DNA of 34,169 nucleotides from Pseudomonadota bacterium (GTDB lineage: Bacteria; Myxococcota; JACRCW01; JAFGSX01): positions 1 through 34,169 of the forward strand of contig JBDRCO010000095.1 of the NCBI GenBank assembly GCA_043821645.1, written 5' to 3'. This document shows positions 8,562 to 17,611 of this stretch, in pieces. A model generated the notes under the pieces. That model searched no databases. It worked only from the letters and a program-made list of their open reading frames with translations, and was not told the origin of the DNA. A program made the position numbers and the translations under genes. Positions within the stretch are counted from its first letter, which is position 1; every line of letters begins with the position of its first letter.

Positions 8562-10535
8562 TCAGTTGCTCTTGAGTTCCTCGTCGATCATCTTCTTGAA
8601 GTTCTCGACGGGCTGGGCACCGACCAGGCGACGGCCATTGATGAAGAAGGTCGGCGTGCCACGGGCGCCCACCTTGGCGGCCTCGGCCTTGTCCGCGGCG
8701 ATCATGCCGGCGAGCTTCGGGTTGTCCAGGTCCGCCTTGAACTTGCTCATGTTGAGCCCGATCTCCTGGGCGTAGCGCTCGAGGTCGGGGCGGCCCAGGG
8801 CCTTCTGGTTGTCGAACAGCTTGTCGTGCATCTCCCAGAACTTGCCCTGCTCACCCGCGGCCAGCGCGGCCTTGGACGCGTCCTCGGCGTTGTTGTGGAA
8901 GGGCAGCGGGTTGTGCTTGAACGCGAACTGCACCTTGCCCTGGTAGTCCTTCATGATCTGGTCAACGGTGGGCTTGACCCGACTGCAGAAGGGGCACTGG
9001 AACTCGCTGAACTCGACGATGGTGACCTTGGCGTTCTTGGGCCCCTTGGTGTAGGCACCCTTGATGTCGACGTTGACGGGCTTGCCGTCGTCGGCAGGCT
9101 CACCCGGCGCCGCGGCGGGAGCCCCGGCCTTGAAGGGGTCGGCCTTGACCAGCGCCTCGTAGACCTTGGCCAGCGGCGTGCCCTTCTTGAGCTCCGCGTC
9201 GGCCAGCTTGATGTCCTCGTCGATGAGCTTCTGGAAGCTCTCGAAGGGCTGGGCGCCGGCGATCTTGGTGCCGTTGATGAAGAAGCTCGGCGTGCCGCGG
9301 GCGCCGACGCTGGCCGAGTCCTTCTGGTCCTGCTCGATCTGGGCCTTGAAGGCGCTGTTGTCCATGGCGGCCTTGAACTTGCTCGTGTTCAGGCCGATCT
9401 CCTGGGCGTAGCGGTCGAGGTCCGCACGGGTCAGCGCCTTCTGGTTGGCGAACAGCTTGTCGTGCATCTCGAAGAACTTGCCCTGCTCGCCGGCGGCCAT
9501 GGCGGCCATGGCGGCGGGCATGGCGTTGTTGTGGAAGGGCAGCGGGTTATTGCGGAAGCAGAAGCGCACGTCCTTCTTGTAAGTGTCGAGGATCTTATCC
9601 ATGGTCGGCACGACGCGGCTGCAGAAGGGGCACTCGAAGTCGCTGAACTCGACGATGGTGACCTTGGCGTCCTTGGGGCCCTTGCACGAGGTGTGCGAGG
9701 GGATGCTGACCAGCTGACGGCCCGTGCCCTCGCCAGGGCGTGCTTGCGGCGGGGCCGGCGGGGCCGCCTTGTCCTTGCCGTTCTTGACCACCTCGGCGTA
9801 GACGTTGCTCTTCGAAGCCCCCTTGGCCAGGGCCTCGTCGGCGCGCTTGATGGCGTCGTCGATCTTCTCCTTGAAGGCCGGGAAGGGCTGCGCCCCCGAC
9901 AGGAACGCGCCATTGACGAAGAAGGCGGGAGTACCCCGCGCGCCAAAGCGAGCGGCCTCGGCCTTGTCGCGCTCGATGGCCGCCTTGTGGCGACCGTCGT
10001 CGAGGGCGGCCTTGAACTTGGCCATGTCCAGCTGCAGCTCCTGGCCGTAGCGCTCCAGGTCCTCACGCTTGAGGGCCTTCTGGTTGGCGAAGAGCTTGTC
10101 GTGCATCTCGAAGAACTTGCCCTGCTCACCCGCCGCATTGGCCGCTTGCGCCGCCAGGTCCGCGTCGCCGTGGAAGGGCAGAGGATTGTTCTTGAAGCAG
10201 AAGCGCACATCGTTGCCGTAGGTCTTGAAAACCTCTTCGATGGTGGGGCCGACGCGGCTGCAGAAGGGGCACTGGAAGTCGCTGAACTCGATGATGGTGA
10301 CCTTGGCATCGGCCGGGCCCTTGCAGGCTGCGGATCCCACCGGGATGTTGAAGATGTCACCGGCAGCATCGGCCTGCTTGATGGGAGTGGGCCTGACCGC
10401 CTTGGTCGGCTCGACACGATTGGCCGCGGTGGGCGCGCCCTGTCCCTGGGCCTTGTTGGCTCCGGCCTGGTAGCCGACGTAGAAGCACAGGGCCCCCACG
10501 ACGACAAAGCCAAAAACCGCATATCCGGGCTTCAT
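8562..10535 (-). CDS. DsbA-family thiol-disulfide oxidoreductase with three tandem thioredoxin-fold domains and an N-terminal membrane anchor
   Basis: Three copies of KGPxxAKVTIxEFSxFxCPFC...RGTPxFFxNG...GAQP; CPFC codons at 10260-10271, 9621-9632 and 8985-8996; AGGAG RBS. Confidence 0.93.
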   Translation of the reverse strand: MKPGYAVFGFVVVGALCFYVGYQAGANKAQGQGAPTAANRVEPTKAVRPTPIKQADAAGDIFNIPVGSAACKGPADAKVTIIEFSDFQCPFCSRVGPTIEEVFKTYGNDVRFCFKNNPLPFHGDADLAAQAANAAGEQGKFFEMHDKLFANQKALKREDLERYGQELQLDMAKFKAALDDGRHKAAIERDKAEAARFGARGTPAFFVNGAFLSGAQPFPAFKEKIDDAIKRADEALAKGASKSNVYAEVVKNGKDKAAPPAPPQARPGEGTGRQLVSIPSHTSCKGPKDAKVTIVEFSDFECPFCSRVVPTMDKILDTYKKDVRFCFRNNPLPFHNNAMPAAMAAMAAGEQGKFFEMHDKLFANQKALTRADLDRYAQEIGLNTSKFKAAMDNSAFKAQIEQDQKDSASVGARGTPSFFINGTKIAGAQPFESFQKLIDEDIKLADAELKKGTPLAKVYEALVKADPFKAGAPAAAPGEPADDGKPVNVDIKGAYTKGPKNAKVTIVEFSEFQCPFCSRVKPTVDQIMKDYQGKVQFAFKHNPLPFHNNAEDASKAALAAGEQGKFWEMHDKLFDNQKALGRPDLERYAQEIGLNMSKFKADLDNPKLAGMIAADKAEAAKVGARGTPTFFINGRRLVGAQPVENFKKMIDEELKSN

Positions 10536-10601
10536 GCTGCTCTCCTATGGTTCGCTGAGGGCTCGGGCCCACGCATGGCAAAATGCAAGAACGTGCCCGG
10601 T

Positions 10602-10630
10602 TTGATAGCGGCCGGGTCCCGCCGAGTCAA
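10602..10630 (-). promoter_or_regulatory. Candidate sigma70-type promoter for the DsbA gene
   Basis: Minus strand TTGACT-17 nt-TATCAA, about 66 nt upstream of the ATG. Confidence 0.4.
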
Positions 10631-10652
10631 GCGAGGGAACCGGCAAGCATAC

Positions 10653-11528
10653 TTATGTATTCCCGTCCCGGTCATCGACGAGGGCGTGCATGCGCTGCAG
10701 CGAGCCCACATCCAGGCCTCGTGCCCGGGCCAGGGGCAGCAGGGCGCGGCAGGCGATCCTGTGCAATGCGACGCTGTTCGCATCGAGCGCACTGAGAGCC
10801 TGCAGGTGGGCGGCGATCACCTGGTCGTCCCCCCTGACCAGGGCACCGGTCAGGGCCTCGGCGGGTCCACGCTGCCCCAGGTTGTCCAGGGCACTGCGGC
10901 ACAGGTCCACCGCCGCCAAGCGCGCCTGCGCAGGAGCGAGGCCCGCGATCTGGAGTGCGCGCAGCGCGGCATCGAGCAGGGCCACCACGTCGTTGCCCGC
11001 CAGGGCTGCTGCCGCGTGGTATAGCGCCCGCTGTTCGGGCGCGACGCGAGCGCTGGGGCAGCCCAGGTGCGCGCACAGCGCCTCGAGAAGCTGCATGGCC
11101 GGAGCTTCACCATCGAGAGCACAGAAACTGCCCTGCACGGTGGTCGAGATCCCGCGTAAGGCGCGGAGCGGATGCAGAGCCCCGACGTACCAGTCCCGGC
11201 CCGCAGCCACGTCGAGAACCTCGGCGGCGAGCGCGCCTGCCAGGTGAGCCAGCACGGCGCCGCTCGGGATGCATCCCGTGGCCACCAGGTGCCGGGCCAC
11301 CTCGACCACGGCCTGATCGCGCACCGCGACGAAAATCAACCTGGCCCGGGTGCGCGGTGGCTCGCCACTGGCCACCGGCATCCCGAGTTCCCGGGCCGCG
11401 TCGCGAGCGTGGTCAGGGTCGCGGTTCCACAGTGTGATGACCTGCAGACCTTGCGCGCACAGGGTGCCGACCAGGGCGCGCCCGGCACTGCCGAGTCCGT
11501 ACACCGCAATCTCGATGTTCGGGATCAC
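10653..11528 (-). CDS. Rossmann-like plus DUF2520 domain oxidoreductase (PanG-like ketopantoate reductase candidate)
   Basis: GLGSAG Rossmann motif; FVAVRD, HLAGAL, LHPL, YHAAAALAGN and ALTGALVRGD are typical of DUF2520 proteins; GTGA overlap with the clp stop. Confidence 0.85.
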   Translation of the reverse strand: MIPNIEIAVYGLGSAGRALVGTLCAQGLQVITLWNRDPDHARDAARELGMPVASGEPPRTRARLIFVAVRDQAVVEVARHLVATGCIPSGAVLAHLAGALAAEVLDVAAGRDWYVGALHPLRALRGISTTVQGSFCALDGEAPAMQLLEALCAHLGCPSARVAPEQRALYHAAAALAGNDVVALLDAALRALQIAGLAPAQARLAAVDLCRSALDNLGQRGPAEALTGALVRGDDQVIAAHLQALSALDANSVALHRIACRALLPLARARGLDVGSLQRMHALVDDRDGNT

Positions 11529-13984
11529 GGCGCCGCGGCCAGGCCCTCGTCCCCGGAAACCCCGGGCTTGACGTCGAGCACGACCACATCGTTCTGCACG
11601 TCGACCATCACCTGCTGGCCACGCTGCAGGGCGCCGCGCAGGATGGCGTCGGCGATGCTGCCCTCGATCTCGCGCTCGACCAGGCGCCGCAGGGGCCGCA
11701 CGCCCTCGCGGGCGGACAGGCCACCCCGGGCGATGAGCAGATCCACCACGGAGTCGCGGATGGTATAGGCGATGCCGCGCTCGGCCAGCAGGCGCGCGCT
11801 GGACTCGGCGACCAGGTTGCTGACGATGGCCTGCACCGCCGATCGATCAAGAGCGCGGAACACCAGCTTGAGATCGATGCGGCCCCACAGCTCGACGGGC
11901 AGCGCCTTCTCGGCGCGCTTGAGGATGGTGCGCTTAAGCTGCTCGCCGTCGTCCCCCGCGCCTGCGGCGAAGCCCACAGTGCGGCGCTCGGCGTCCTCAC
12001 CGCTGGTGCCCAGGTTGCTGGTCATGACCACCACGGTGTTGCCGAACTTGACGGTGCGACCCTTGCCGTCGGTGAGACGCCCCTCGTCGAGGATCTGCAA
12101 CAGCAGGGTCAGGATGTCAGGGTGCGCCTTCTCGATCTCGTCAAGCAGCACCACCGAGTGCGGGCGCCGGCGCACCGCCTCGGTGAGCTGGCCGCCGTCG
12201 TCGTGGCCGACGTAGCCCGGGGGCGAGCCGATCAGGCGCGAGCGCGCGTGGGCCTCGCCGTACTCGGACATGTCGACGCGGACCAGGGCCTTCTGGGAGG
12301 CAAACAGAAAGTCGGCCAGGGCGCGCGCGAGCTCGGTCTTGCCGACGCCGCTGGGTCCCACGAAGAGCATCGAGGCCAGGGGCCGGCGGCTGGCAAAGCC
12401 CGCCACGCTCCGGCGGATGCGCTCGGCCACTTCCCGCACCACGGCGTCCTGCCCGATCACCCAGCGCCGCAGCACGCGCTCGGCCTCGAGATAGCGCTCG
12501 CCGTCGCGAAGCAACACGCGGTCGAGGGGCACTCCACCCTGGGCCGCCACCACGTGGGCCACGGCCTCGCGGTCAACCACCTCGCGTCCGGCACGGCGCA
12601 CCCGGGAGCCGGCGAGATCCAGCACGTCCACCGCCTTGCCGGGGAGAAAGCGCTCGGTGATGTAACGCGACGACAGGTGCACCGCGGCCTCGAGGGCCTC
12701 TTCGGTGTAGCGCACCCCGTGGTGCTGTGCATACACCGGCGCCACGCCGCGCAGCACCTGGGTGGCCTCCTCGTCCGAGGGTTCCTCGACCCGGATGGGC
12801 ACGAAGCGGCGCTCGAGGGCAGCGTCCTTCTCGATGTGCTTCTTGTACTCGTCAACGGTGGTGGCCCCGATGCAGGGGAACTCCCCGCGGGCCAGGGCGG
12901 CCTTGAGCTCGTTGGCGGCATCCTGCGGGCCATCCGACGAGGAGCCGGCGCCGATGAGGGTGTGCAACTCGTCGATGAAGACGATGATCTGGCCGCTGGC
13001 CGCGCGCACCTCTTCCTTGATGCCCTGCAGGCGCTCGCTCAGGCTGCCCCTCAGCTGGGTCCCGGCAACGATGGCACCCATGTCGAGCTCGACGATGTGG
13101 CGGCCCGCGAGGGGGGTCTTGTCGAGCTGTCCGGCGGCCAGGCGCAGGGCCAGACCCTCGACGATGGCGGTCTTGCCAACGCCGGGATCGCCCACCAGAA
13201 CCGGGTTGTTGGTGCGGCGCTTGCCGAGCACGTCGATGAGCAGGTCGATCTCGCGCTCGCGCCCCACCACGTCGTCGAGGCGACCGCTGCGCGCCTGGGT
13301 CATGAGGTCGCGCCCCAGGGCGCAGAGCCAGGGGTAGCGCACCGGATCCAGACCACCGGCCGAGGCTTCACCCGCACTGGCTGCGGCAGCCCGAGGTGGC
13401 GGAGCCTGGGGGCGCGGCAGGTGAGCGCCCGCGGTGGGCTCGTCGTCATCGTCGTCGGAATCCAGCTCCAGCAACTCGGCGACGCTGGGCATGGGACCGG
13501 CGTCGAGCACAGGTGTGCGGGGCGCGGCCGAACGCTGGGGGCCGATGTCCGAGGTCCGTCGCGCGTCCTGCAGGCGTCGCGGCATGGAGCCGGTGAGGTA
13601 GGACAGGGCCAGGTTGCGCATGGAGGCCAGATCCAGCCCGGTGCGCTTGAGCAAGGTGTGCGCCAGGGTACGGCGCGAGCGGCTCATGGCGACCAGCAGG
13701 TGCAGCGGCTCGATGGTGTTCGTATTGGCCATGCGCGCCATGCGCTCGGCGTGCTGCCTCAGCTCCTTGACCACGCCAGGATCTTCCCGCTCACCCTTGC
13801 GGATGGCGTCCAGGATCACGTCCTCGTTGACACTGCGCTCCTTGAGCAGGATCTCGGCCGAATTGGGCACGGTGAAGAAGGCCAGCAGGAGGTGCACCGA
13901 CGAGGTGGACTGGTTCACGCTCTGGGAGATGTCGCGCGCCTCCTCGAACACCTGGGCGAGGGCGGGCGACAGCGGTAGCGTCAT
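11525..13984 (-). CDS. ATP-dependent Clp protease ATP-binding subunit (ClpA/ClpC family, no M domain)
   Basis: ATG at 13984 with GAGGA RBS; Clp N-domain repeats (HLLLA, HLLVA); Walker A GDPGVGKT and GPSGVGKT; Walker B FIDELH and LLDEIEK; GSPPGYVG pore loop; VGF ClpP-docking loop. Confidence 0.93.
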   Translation of the reverse strand: MTLPLSPALAQVFEEARDISQSVNQSTSSVHLLLAFFTVPNSAEILLKERSVNEDVILDAIRKGEREDPGVVKELRQHAERMARMANTNTIEPLHLLVAMSRSRRTLAHTLLKRTGLDLASMRNLALSYLTGSMPRRLQDARRTSDIGPQRSAAPRTPVLDAGPMPSVAELLELDSDDDDDEPTAGAHLPRPQAPPPRAAAASAGEASAGGLDPVRYPWLCALGRDLMTQARSGRLDDVVGREREIDLLIDVLGKRRTNNPVLVGDPGVGKTAIVEGLALRLAAGQLDKTPLAGRHIVELDMGAIVAGTQLRGSLSERLQGIKEEVRAASGQIIVFIDELHTLIGAGSSSDGPQDAANELKAALARGEFPCIGATTVDEYKKHIEKDAALERRFVPIRVEEPSDEEATQVLRGVAPVYAQHHGVRYTEEALEAAVHLSSRYITERFLPGKAVDVLDLAGSRVRRAGREVVDREAVAHVVAAQGGVPLDRVLLRDGERYLEAERVLRRWVIGQDAVVREVAERIRRSVAGFASRRPLASMLFVGPSGVGKTELARALADFLFASQKALVRVDMSEYGEAHARSRLIGSPPGYVGHDDGGQLTEAVRRRPHSVVLLDEIEKAHPDILTLLLQILDEGRLTDGKGRTVKFGNTVVVMTSNLGTSGEDAERRTVGFAAGAGDDGEQLKRTILKRAEKALPVELWGRIDLKLVFRALDRSAVQAIVSNLVAESSARLLAERGIAYTIRDSVVDLLIARGGLSAREGVRPLRRLVEREIEGSIADAILRGALQRGQQVMVDVQNDVVVLDVKPGVSGDEGLAAAP

Positions 13985-14004
13985 GCGTGTTCCTCGATGG
14001 CCGG

Positions 14005-14577
14005 TCAGGGAAGGAAGCAGGCTCCCGCATCGCCAGGCATGGCAAAGCAGCGCTGACCCGCGGGACAGGTGCCGGAGAGCGGCCTGGCGTCGACGCCATC
14101 GGCATCCTCCACCGCGGCATCGGCGGAAGGACGGCACGGGTAGCGGCAGGTGTTGCCGGCGTCGCGCTGGGCAATGCGCGCGCACAGCAGCATCTCGGCG
14201 CAGGGTGTGGGCGAGCAGGTCTCATCGGGCGCGGCCGCGGGAAGACACACGCCAGCGTCGATGGCGCGCGAACCACCGTCCGGCAACACCTGACGGAGCT
14301 GTGCACAGATCTCCCAGTCCACGCAGCGCGGCACCGGCTGGGCGGGCTGGCAGGGCCGCCGGCACACGCAGCCACCGTCGGCCTCGAGCACCTCGCTCAG
14401 GGATGGATGACAGCCGTTGGTCGGACAGGGCGCGCCGATGGCGCCATCTGGAACCGGTCCGGCATCGCCACCCGCATCATAGATGCCAGCGTCGGTGAAG
14501 GGATTGGGCAGGTCCCCTGCCTCGCGGCAGGCTGCCAGTAGCACCACCAGCCCAAGCGTCGCAGCAAGCGCTCTCAT
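14005..14577 (-). CDS. Cysteine-rich hypothetical lipoprotein
   Basis: MRALAATLGLVVLLAAC lipobox; 16 further Cys in two similar modules ending GVCLP and GACFLP; DAG-rich linkers. Alternative start at 14595. Confidence 0.75.
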   Translation of the reverse strand: MRALAATLGLVVLLAACREAGDLPNPFTDAGIYDAGGDAGPVPDGAIGAPCPTNGCHPSLSEVLEADGGCVCRRPCQPAQPVPRCVDWEICAQLRQVLPDGGSRAIDAGVCLPAAAPDETCSPTPCAEMLLCARIAQRDAGNTCRYPCRPSADAAVEDADGVDARPLSGTCPAGQRCFAMPGDAGACFLP

Positions 14578-14629
14578 GGTCGCACCCCGTGTCATGCCGG
14601 CCCATTCTCGCCGACCGAACTGTCGCTTG

Positions 14630-15262
14630 TCACGCCTCTTCGCGCAATCCCTGCAGGTGCGCAAGCAGGCCCGACGCCACGATGGAGATGGCCACCTCGT
14701 TACGCCCCTCGTTGGGGATGATGACATCGGCGTAACGCTTCTGCGGCGCCACGTAGCCGATGTGCATGGGGCGCACCGAGCGGAAGTACTGATCGAGGAT
14801 ATCGTCGATCTGGCGGCCGCGTTCCTGGGTGTCGCGCACGATGCGCCGCGCCAGGCGCACATCATCGTCGGTGTCGACGAAGATCTTGACCGCCAGCCGG
14901 CCGCGCAGCGCCTCCTGATCCAGCACATGCAGCCCCTCGACAAAGACGATGGGTGCGGCGGCAACCGTGTCGGTCTGGTCGGTGCGCACGGACTCGACGA
15001 AGGAGTACACCGGCTTCTCGATGGGATGCCCCGCCGCCAGCCGATCCAGGTGGTCGAGCAGGAGCGGCCAGTCAAAGGCGTCGGGATCGTCGAAGTTGAA
15101 CATCCTCCGCTCGGCGAAGGACAGGTCCTTGAGGTCGCGGTAGTAGGAGTCCTGGTCGACGATGGTGACCACGCCGGGCCCCAGCCGCGACTGCAGCTTG
15201 GTTGCGACCGTGGTCTTGCCCGAGCCGGTTCCGCCCGAGATGCCGACCAAGAGCCCCTTCAC
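14630..15262 (-). CDS. udk: Uridine kinase
   Basis: GISGGTGSGKTT, QDSYY, NFDDPDAFD, VEGL, KIFVDTDDDVRLARRIVRD and YADVIIP; GTG start overlaps the nadD stop, with GGAGG RBS. Confidence 0.95.
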   Translation of the reverse strand: MKGLLVGISGGTGSGKTTVATKLQSRLGPGVVTIVDQDSYYRDLKDLSFAERRMFNFDDPDAFDWPLLLDHLDRLAAGHPIEKPVYSFVESVRTDQTDTVAAAPIVFVEGLHVLDQEALRGRLAVKIFVDTDDDVRLARRIVRDTQERGRQIDDILDQYFRSVRPMHIGYVAPQKRYADVIIPNEGRNEVAISIVASGLLAHLQGLREEA

Positions 15263-15819
15263 CCGGTGCCTCCTGCCGCGACCTTGTAGAGCGAGTGTGC
15301 TGCGATGTACAGCGCCACCTCGTGATCGAGCCACGCTTCGGTGCTGGCGCCATCGCGCAGGCGCTGACGGACCGCGCTGGACGAGACCTCGGGGAGCAAC
15401 GCGCCCGCGCTGTGACCCGCCCGGGGCAGCACCAGGATCCGGGCCAGCAGGCGCAGCCGGTCAACGTCCTTCCAGCGTTCGAGGTCGGCGAGGTTGTCGC
15501 TTCCGATGACGACGCAGAAGGTGTGTCCCGGATGCTGCCGCGTCAGCCAGTCCACTGTATCGACGGTGTGCTGGGGTGGCGGCAGGTCGCGCTCGACGCT
15601 GCACAGCTGCACGCGGCCCGGGGCAAAGGGGCGCAGGGCTCGCTCGCACATGCCCAGGCGGTGCTCGAAGGCCGCCATCCGCTTGCCGAAGGCATGCACC
15701 ATGCTGGGCACCCACCACACCTCGTCGACATCGTGACAGGCCAGCAGGTGCAAGGTCACGGCCTGGTGACCGATGTGGGGCGGATCGAAGGCCCCGCCGA
15801 ACAAGGCGATGCGGCTCAT
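15259..15819 (-). CDS. nadD: Nicotinate-nucleotide adenylyltransferase
   Basis: LFGGAFDPPHIGH, TVDT, IGSDN..W, VSSSAVR and YI..H.LY motifs. Confidence 0.93.
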   Translation of the reverse strand: MSRIALFGGAFDPPHIGHQAVTLHLLACHDVDEVWWVPSMVHAFGKRMAAFEHRLGMCERALRPFAPGRVQLCSVERDLPPPQHTVDTVDWLTRQHPGHTFCVVIGSDNLADLERWKDVDRLRLLARILVLPRAGHSAGALLPEVSSSAVRQRLRDGASTEAWLDHEVALYIAAHSLYKVAAGGTG

Positions 15820-16439
15820 TTGACCGAGAACTTGGCGGTGCGGCGCAGGTTGAAGACCTGCGAGTGAACGCTGGTGCCGTGCAGGTCGTAGGCGTCGAAA
15901 CCAAAGCCGCCTGCGACCTCCGACAGCACGCCCAGATGCCCACCGCCCTCGGCCAGCGGACCTGGCGTGATGAAGGCGCGTGTGCCGATCTGCACCACGG
16001 CCGGGGCATCGCCGTCACCGTGCAGGATCAGGGCCGCGTTGGCGATGTCCTCCTTGACCAGGTCGTTCTTGTCGTGCACCGCCAGCACGATGCTCATGCC
16101 CAGCATGTCGAGGTGCTTGGCGCTGGCAGGATCCTGCTGGTGCCGCGCACTGCCCTTCTCGGCGACGCCGAGCACGGGCACGCCGTAGCGCTCCAGCAGG
16201 CTGGTCGGGGGTGCCGCCTGGCCCTGCTGGCCCAGCATGAAATCGGTGACGGCCGCCAGAAAACCAGCGTCGCCATCGATCGCGGTGGCAGGTGGCGCAG
16301 GCACCAGCGCATCCAGATCGGCCACGCGATCGCCGAGAAATAGGATGCGTTCACACTGCAGGGATCCAGCGAGCTGGGTGAGGGCCTGATCGAGGCGCGC
16401 CACGTCACCCCGGCTGCCGGCCGTGAGGCCGATGCGCAT
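15816..16439 (-). CDS. Hypothetical protein with a degenerate YfcE-like metallophosphoesterase fold
   Basis: MRIGL.. start, LFLGD, VHDK, LHG and FITPG echo the YfcE layout, but the first-motif D/H ligands and the GN motif are absent; ATGA overlap with nadD. Confidence 0.65.
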   Translation of the reverse strand: MRIGLTAGSRGDVARLDQALTQLAGSLQCERILFLGDRVADLDALVPAPPATAIDGDAGFLAAVTDFMLGQQGQAAPPTSLLERYGVPVLGVAEKGSARHQQDPASAKHLDMLGMSIVLAVHDKNDLVKEDIANAALILHGDGDAPAVVQIGTRAFITPGPLAEGGGHLGVLSEVAGGFGFDAYDLHGTSVHSQVFNLRRTAKFSVK

Positions 16440-16515
16440 GCTGCCTTATTCCACGCCCCAGCGCGTGGGGCAAGCCCGGCCTGGCCGTGAGCGGGGCCTG
16501 CGCTATGCTGCGGTC

Positions 16516-17607
16516 ATGCCGCTGGATACCCCCACTGCGCTGGCCCTGGGCGACCGCGTGCTTCGATCGAGGCTGTGCTGCGGCCCGGGTCCCTGGCTGC
16601 GCCCCGTCGATGACGCGCAGCGCGTTCGCACCCTGCGCCGGACCGGCCAGGGGATCGTCGCGCTGGTGATGTTGCGAGCCAGCGTGAACGCCGAGGGCCG
16701 CTCGGCCGCGAACGAGCCTGCTCTGGATCTGGGAGACGACCTGGTCCGGCTGGCGCAGTGGATAGAGGCCGTCCACGAGGGGGGAGCGCTCGCCCTGGTC
16801 GAGCTCACGCATGGCGGCCCTCGGGCCGGCGACCTGTCGAGCACGCGACCTGTGGGACCTGACACCGTGGTGGACCCCGTCCACGGACGCACGCCGCTCC
16901 CGCTGACGGATCTGGATGCCGTGACGACCTGCTTCGATCAGGCCGCCGCCCGCGCGCTGCAGGCCGGTGCCGATCTGCTGGGACTCGAGATCGCACACGG
17001 CTCGCTGCTGCACAGCTGGCTGTCACCCCTCGGCTGGTCCCGGCCCGTCGACGAGGCGACAAGACTTCAGCTGCCCCTTCGCATCGCCCGCTCCCTGGCC
17101 GCCCGGGCGGTCTTGATGCCCACCCTGTGCGCCGAGGATCTGTGTCCTGGCGGGCTGACACCGACCCAGGGCCTGGCTGCCGCGTGTGCACTGCGTGACG
17201 CCGGCGCCTCTGCCCTGGTGGTCACGGCGGGGCATCGCAGTGTGCGCCACCTGCAGCGTCCGCTGCGTCCCCCCGGTCCACTGCGCGAGGCGCCGCATGC
17301 GCGACTGGCGAGCTGGGTTCGCCGCGCGGTCGAGCTGCCGGTCGGCGTGGTGGGCGGGCTGCGCAGCCGAGCGGCGATGGATACCTTGCTGCGCGAGCAC
17401 GCCGTCGACCTGCTGGTCCTCGAAAGACCCTTCCTGTGCGAGCCTGACCTCGGCGTCGACGCCCTGAACCCGGACTGGAGCTCCTCGTGCAGCAGCGCGC
17501 TTGATTGCTGCCCACCGTCGTGGCCTGCATCGCCAGCCCTGGACCGCTGCCCCAGCTGTGGCCCCGCAGGTGGCACAGGCGGTCCTGGCGAGACGCCGGA
17601 GATTTGA
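16516..17607 (+). CDS. Old yellow enzyme (NADH:flavin oxidoreductase)-family protein, divergent
   Basis: AVHEGGA..VELTHGG, FDQAAARALQAGAD, AHGSLLHSWLSP, VVGGLRS and RPFLCEPDL match the OYE TIM barrel; start placed at ATG 16516. Confidence 0.75.
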   Translation: MPLDTPTALALGDRVLRSRLCCGPGPWLRPVDDAQRVRTLRRTGQGIVALVMLRASVNAEGRSAANEPALDLGDDLVRLAQWIEAVHEGGALALVELTHGGPRAGDLSSTRPVGPDTVVDPVHGRTPLPLTDLDAVTTCFDQAAARALQAGADLLGLEIAHGSLLHSWLSPLGWSRPVDEATRLQLPLRIARSLAARAVLMPTLCAEDLCPGGLTPTQGLAAACALRDAGASALVVTAGHRSVRHLQRPLRPPGPLREAPHARLASWVRRAVELPVGVVGGLRSRAAMDTLLREHAVDLLVLERPFLCEPDLGVDALNPDWSSSCSSALDCCPPSWPASPALDRCPSCGPAGGTGGPGETPEI

Positions 17608-17611
17608 GCGC

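Noticed and set aside
10587-10600. Sigma54-like GGCACG-TTC-TTGCA upstream of the DsbA gene (minus strand)
   Set aside because: Spacing is one base short of the TGGCACG-N4-TTGC consensus, and sigma54 spacing is strict.
8826-11024. 732-aa + strand ORF with internal repeats (also 2313-3935, 3942-5699, 12122-13978, 18923-21184, 23242-24633)
   Set aside because: Antisense to well-supported genes; its repeats mirror the DsbA triplication; stop codons are scarce at this GC content.
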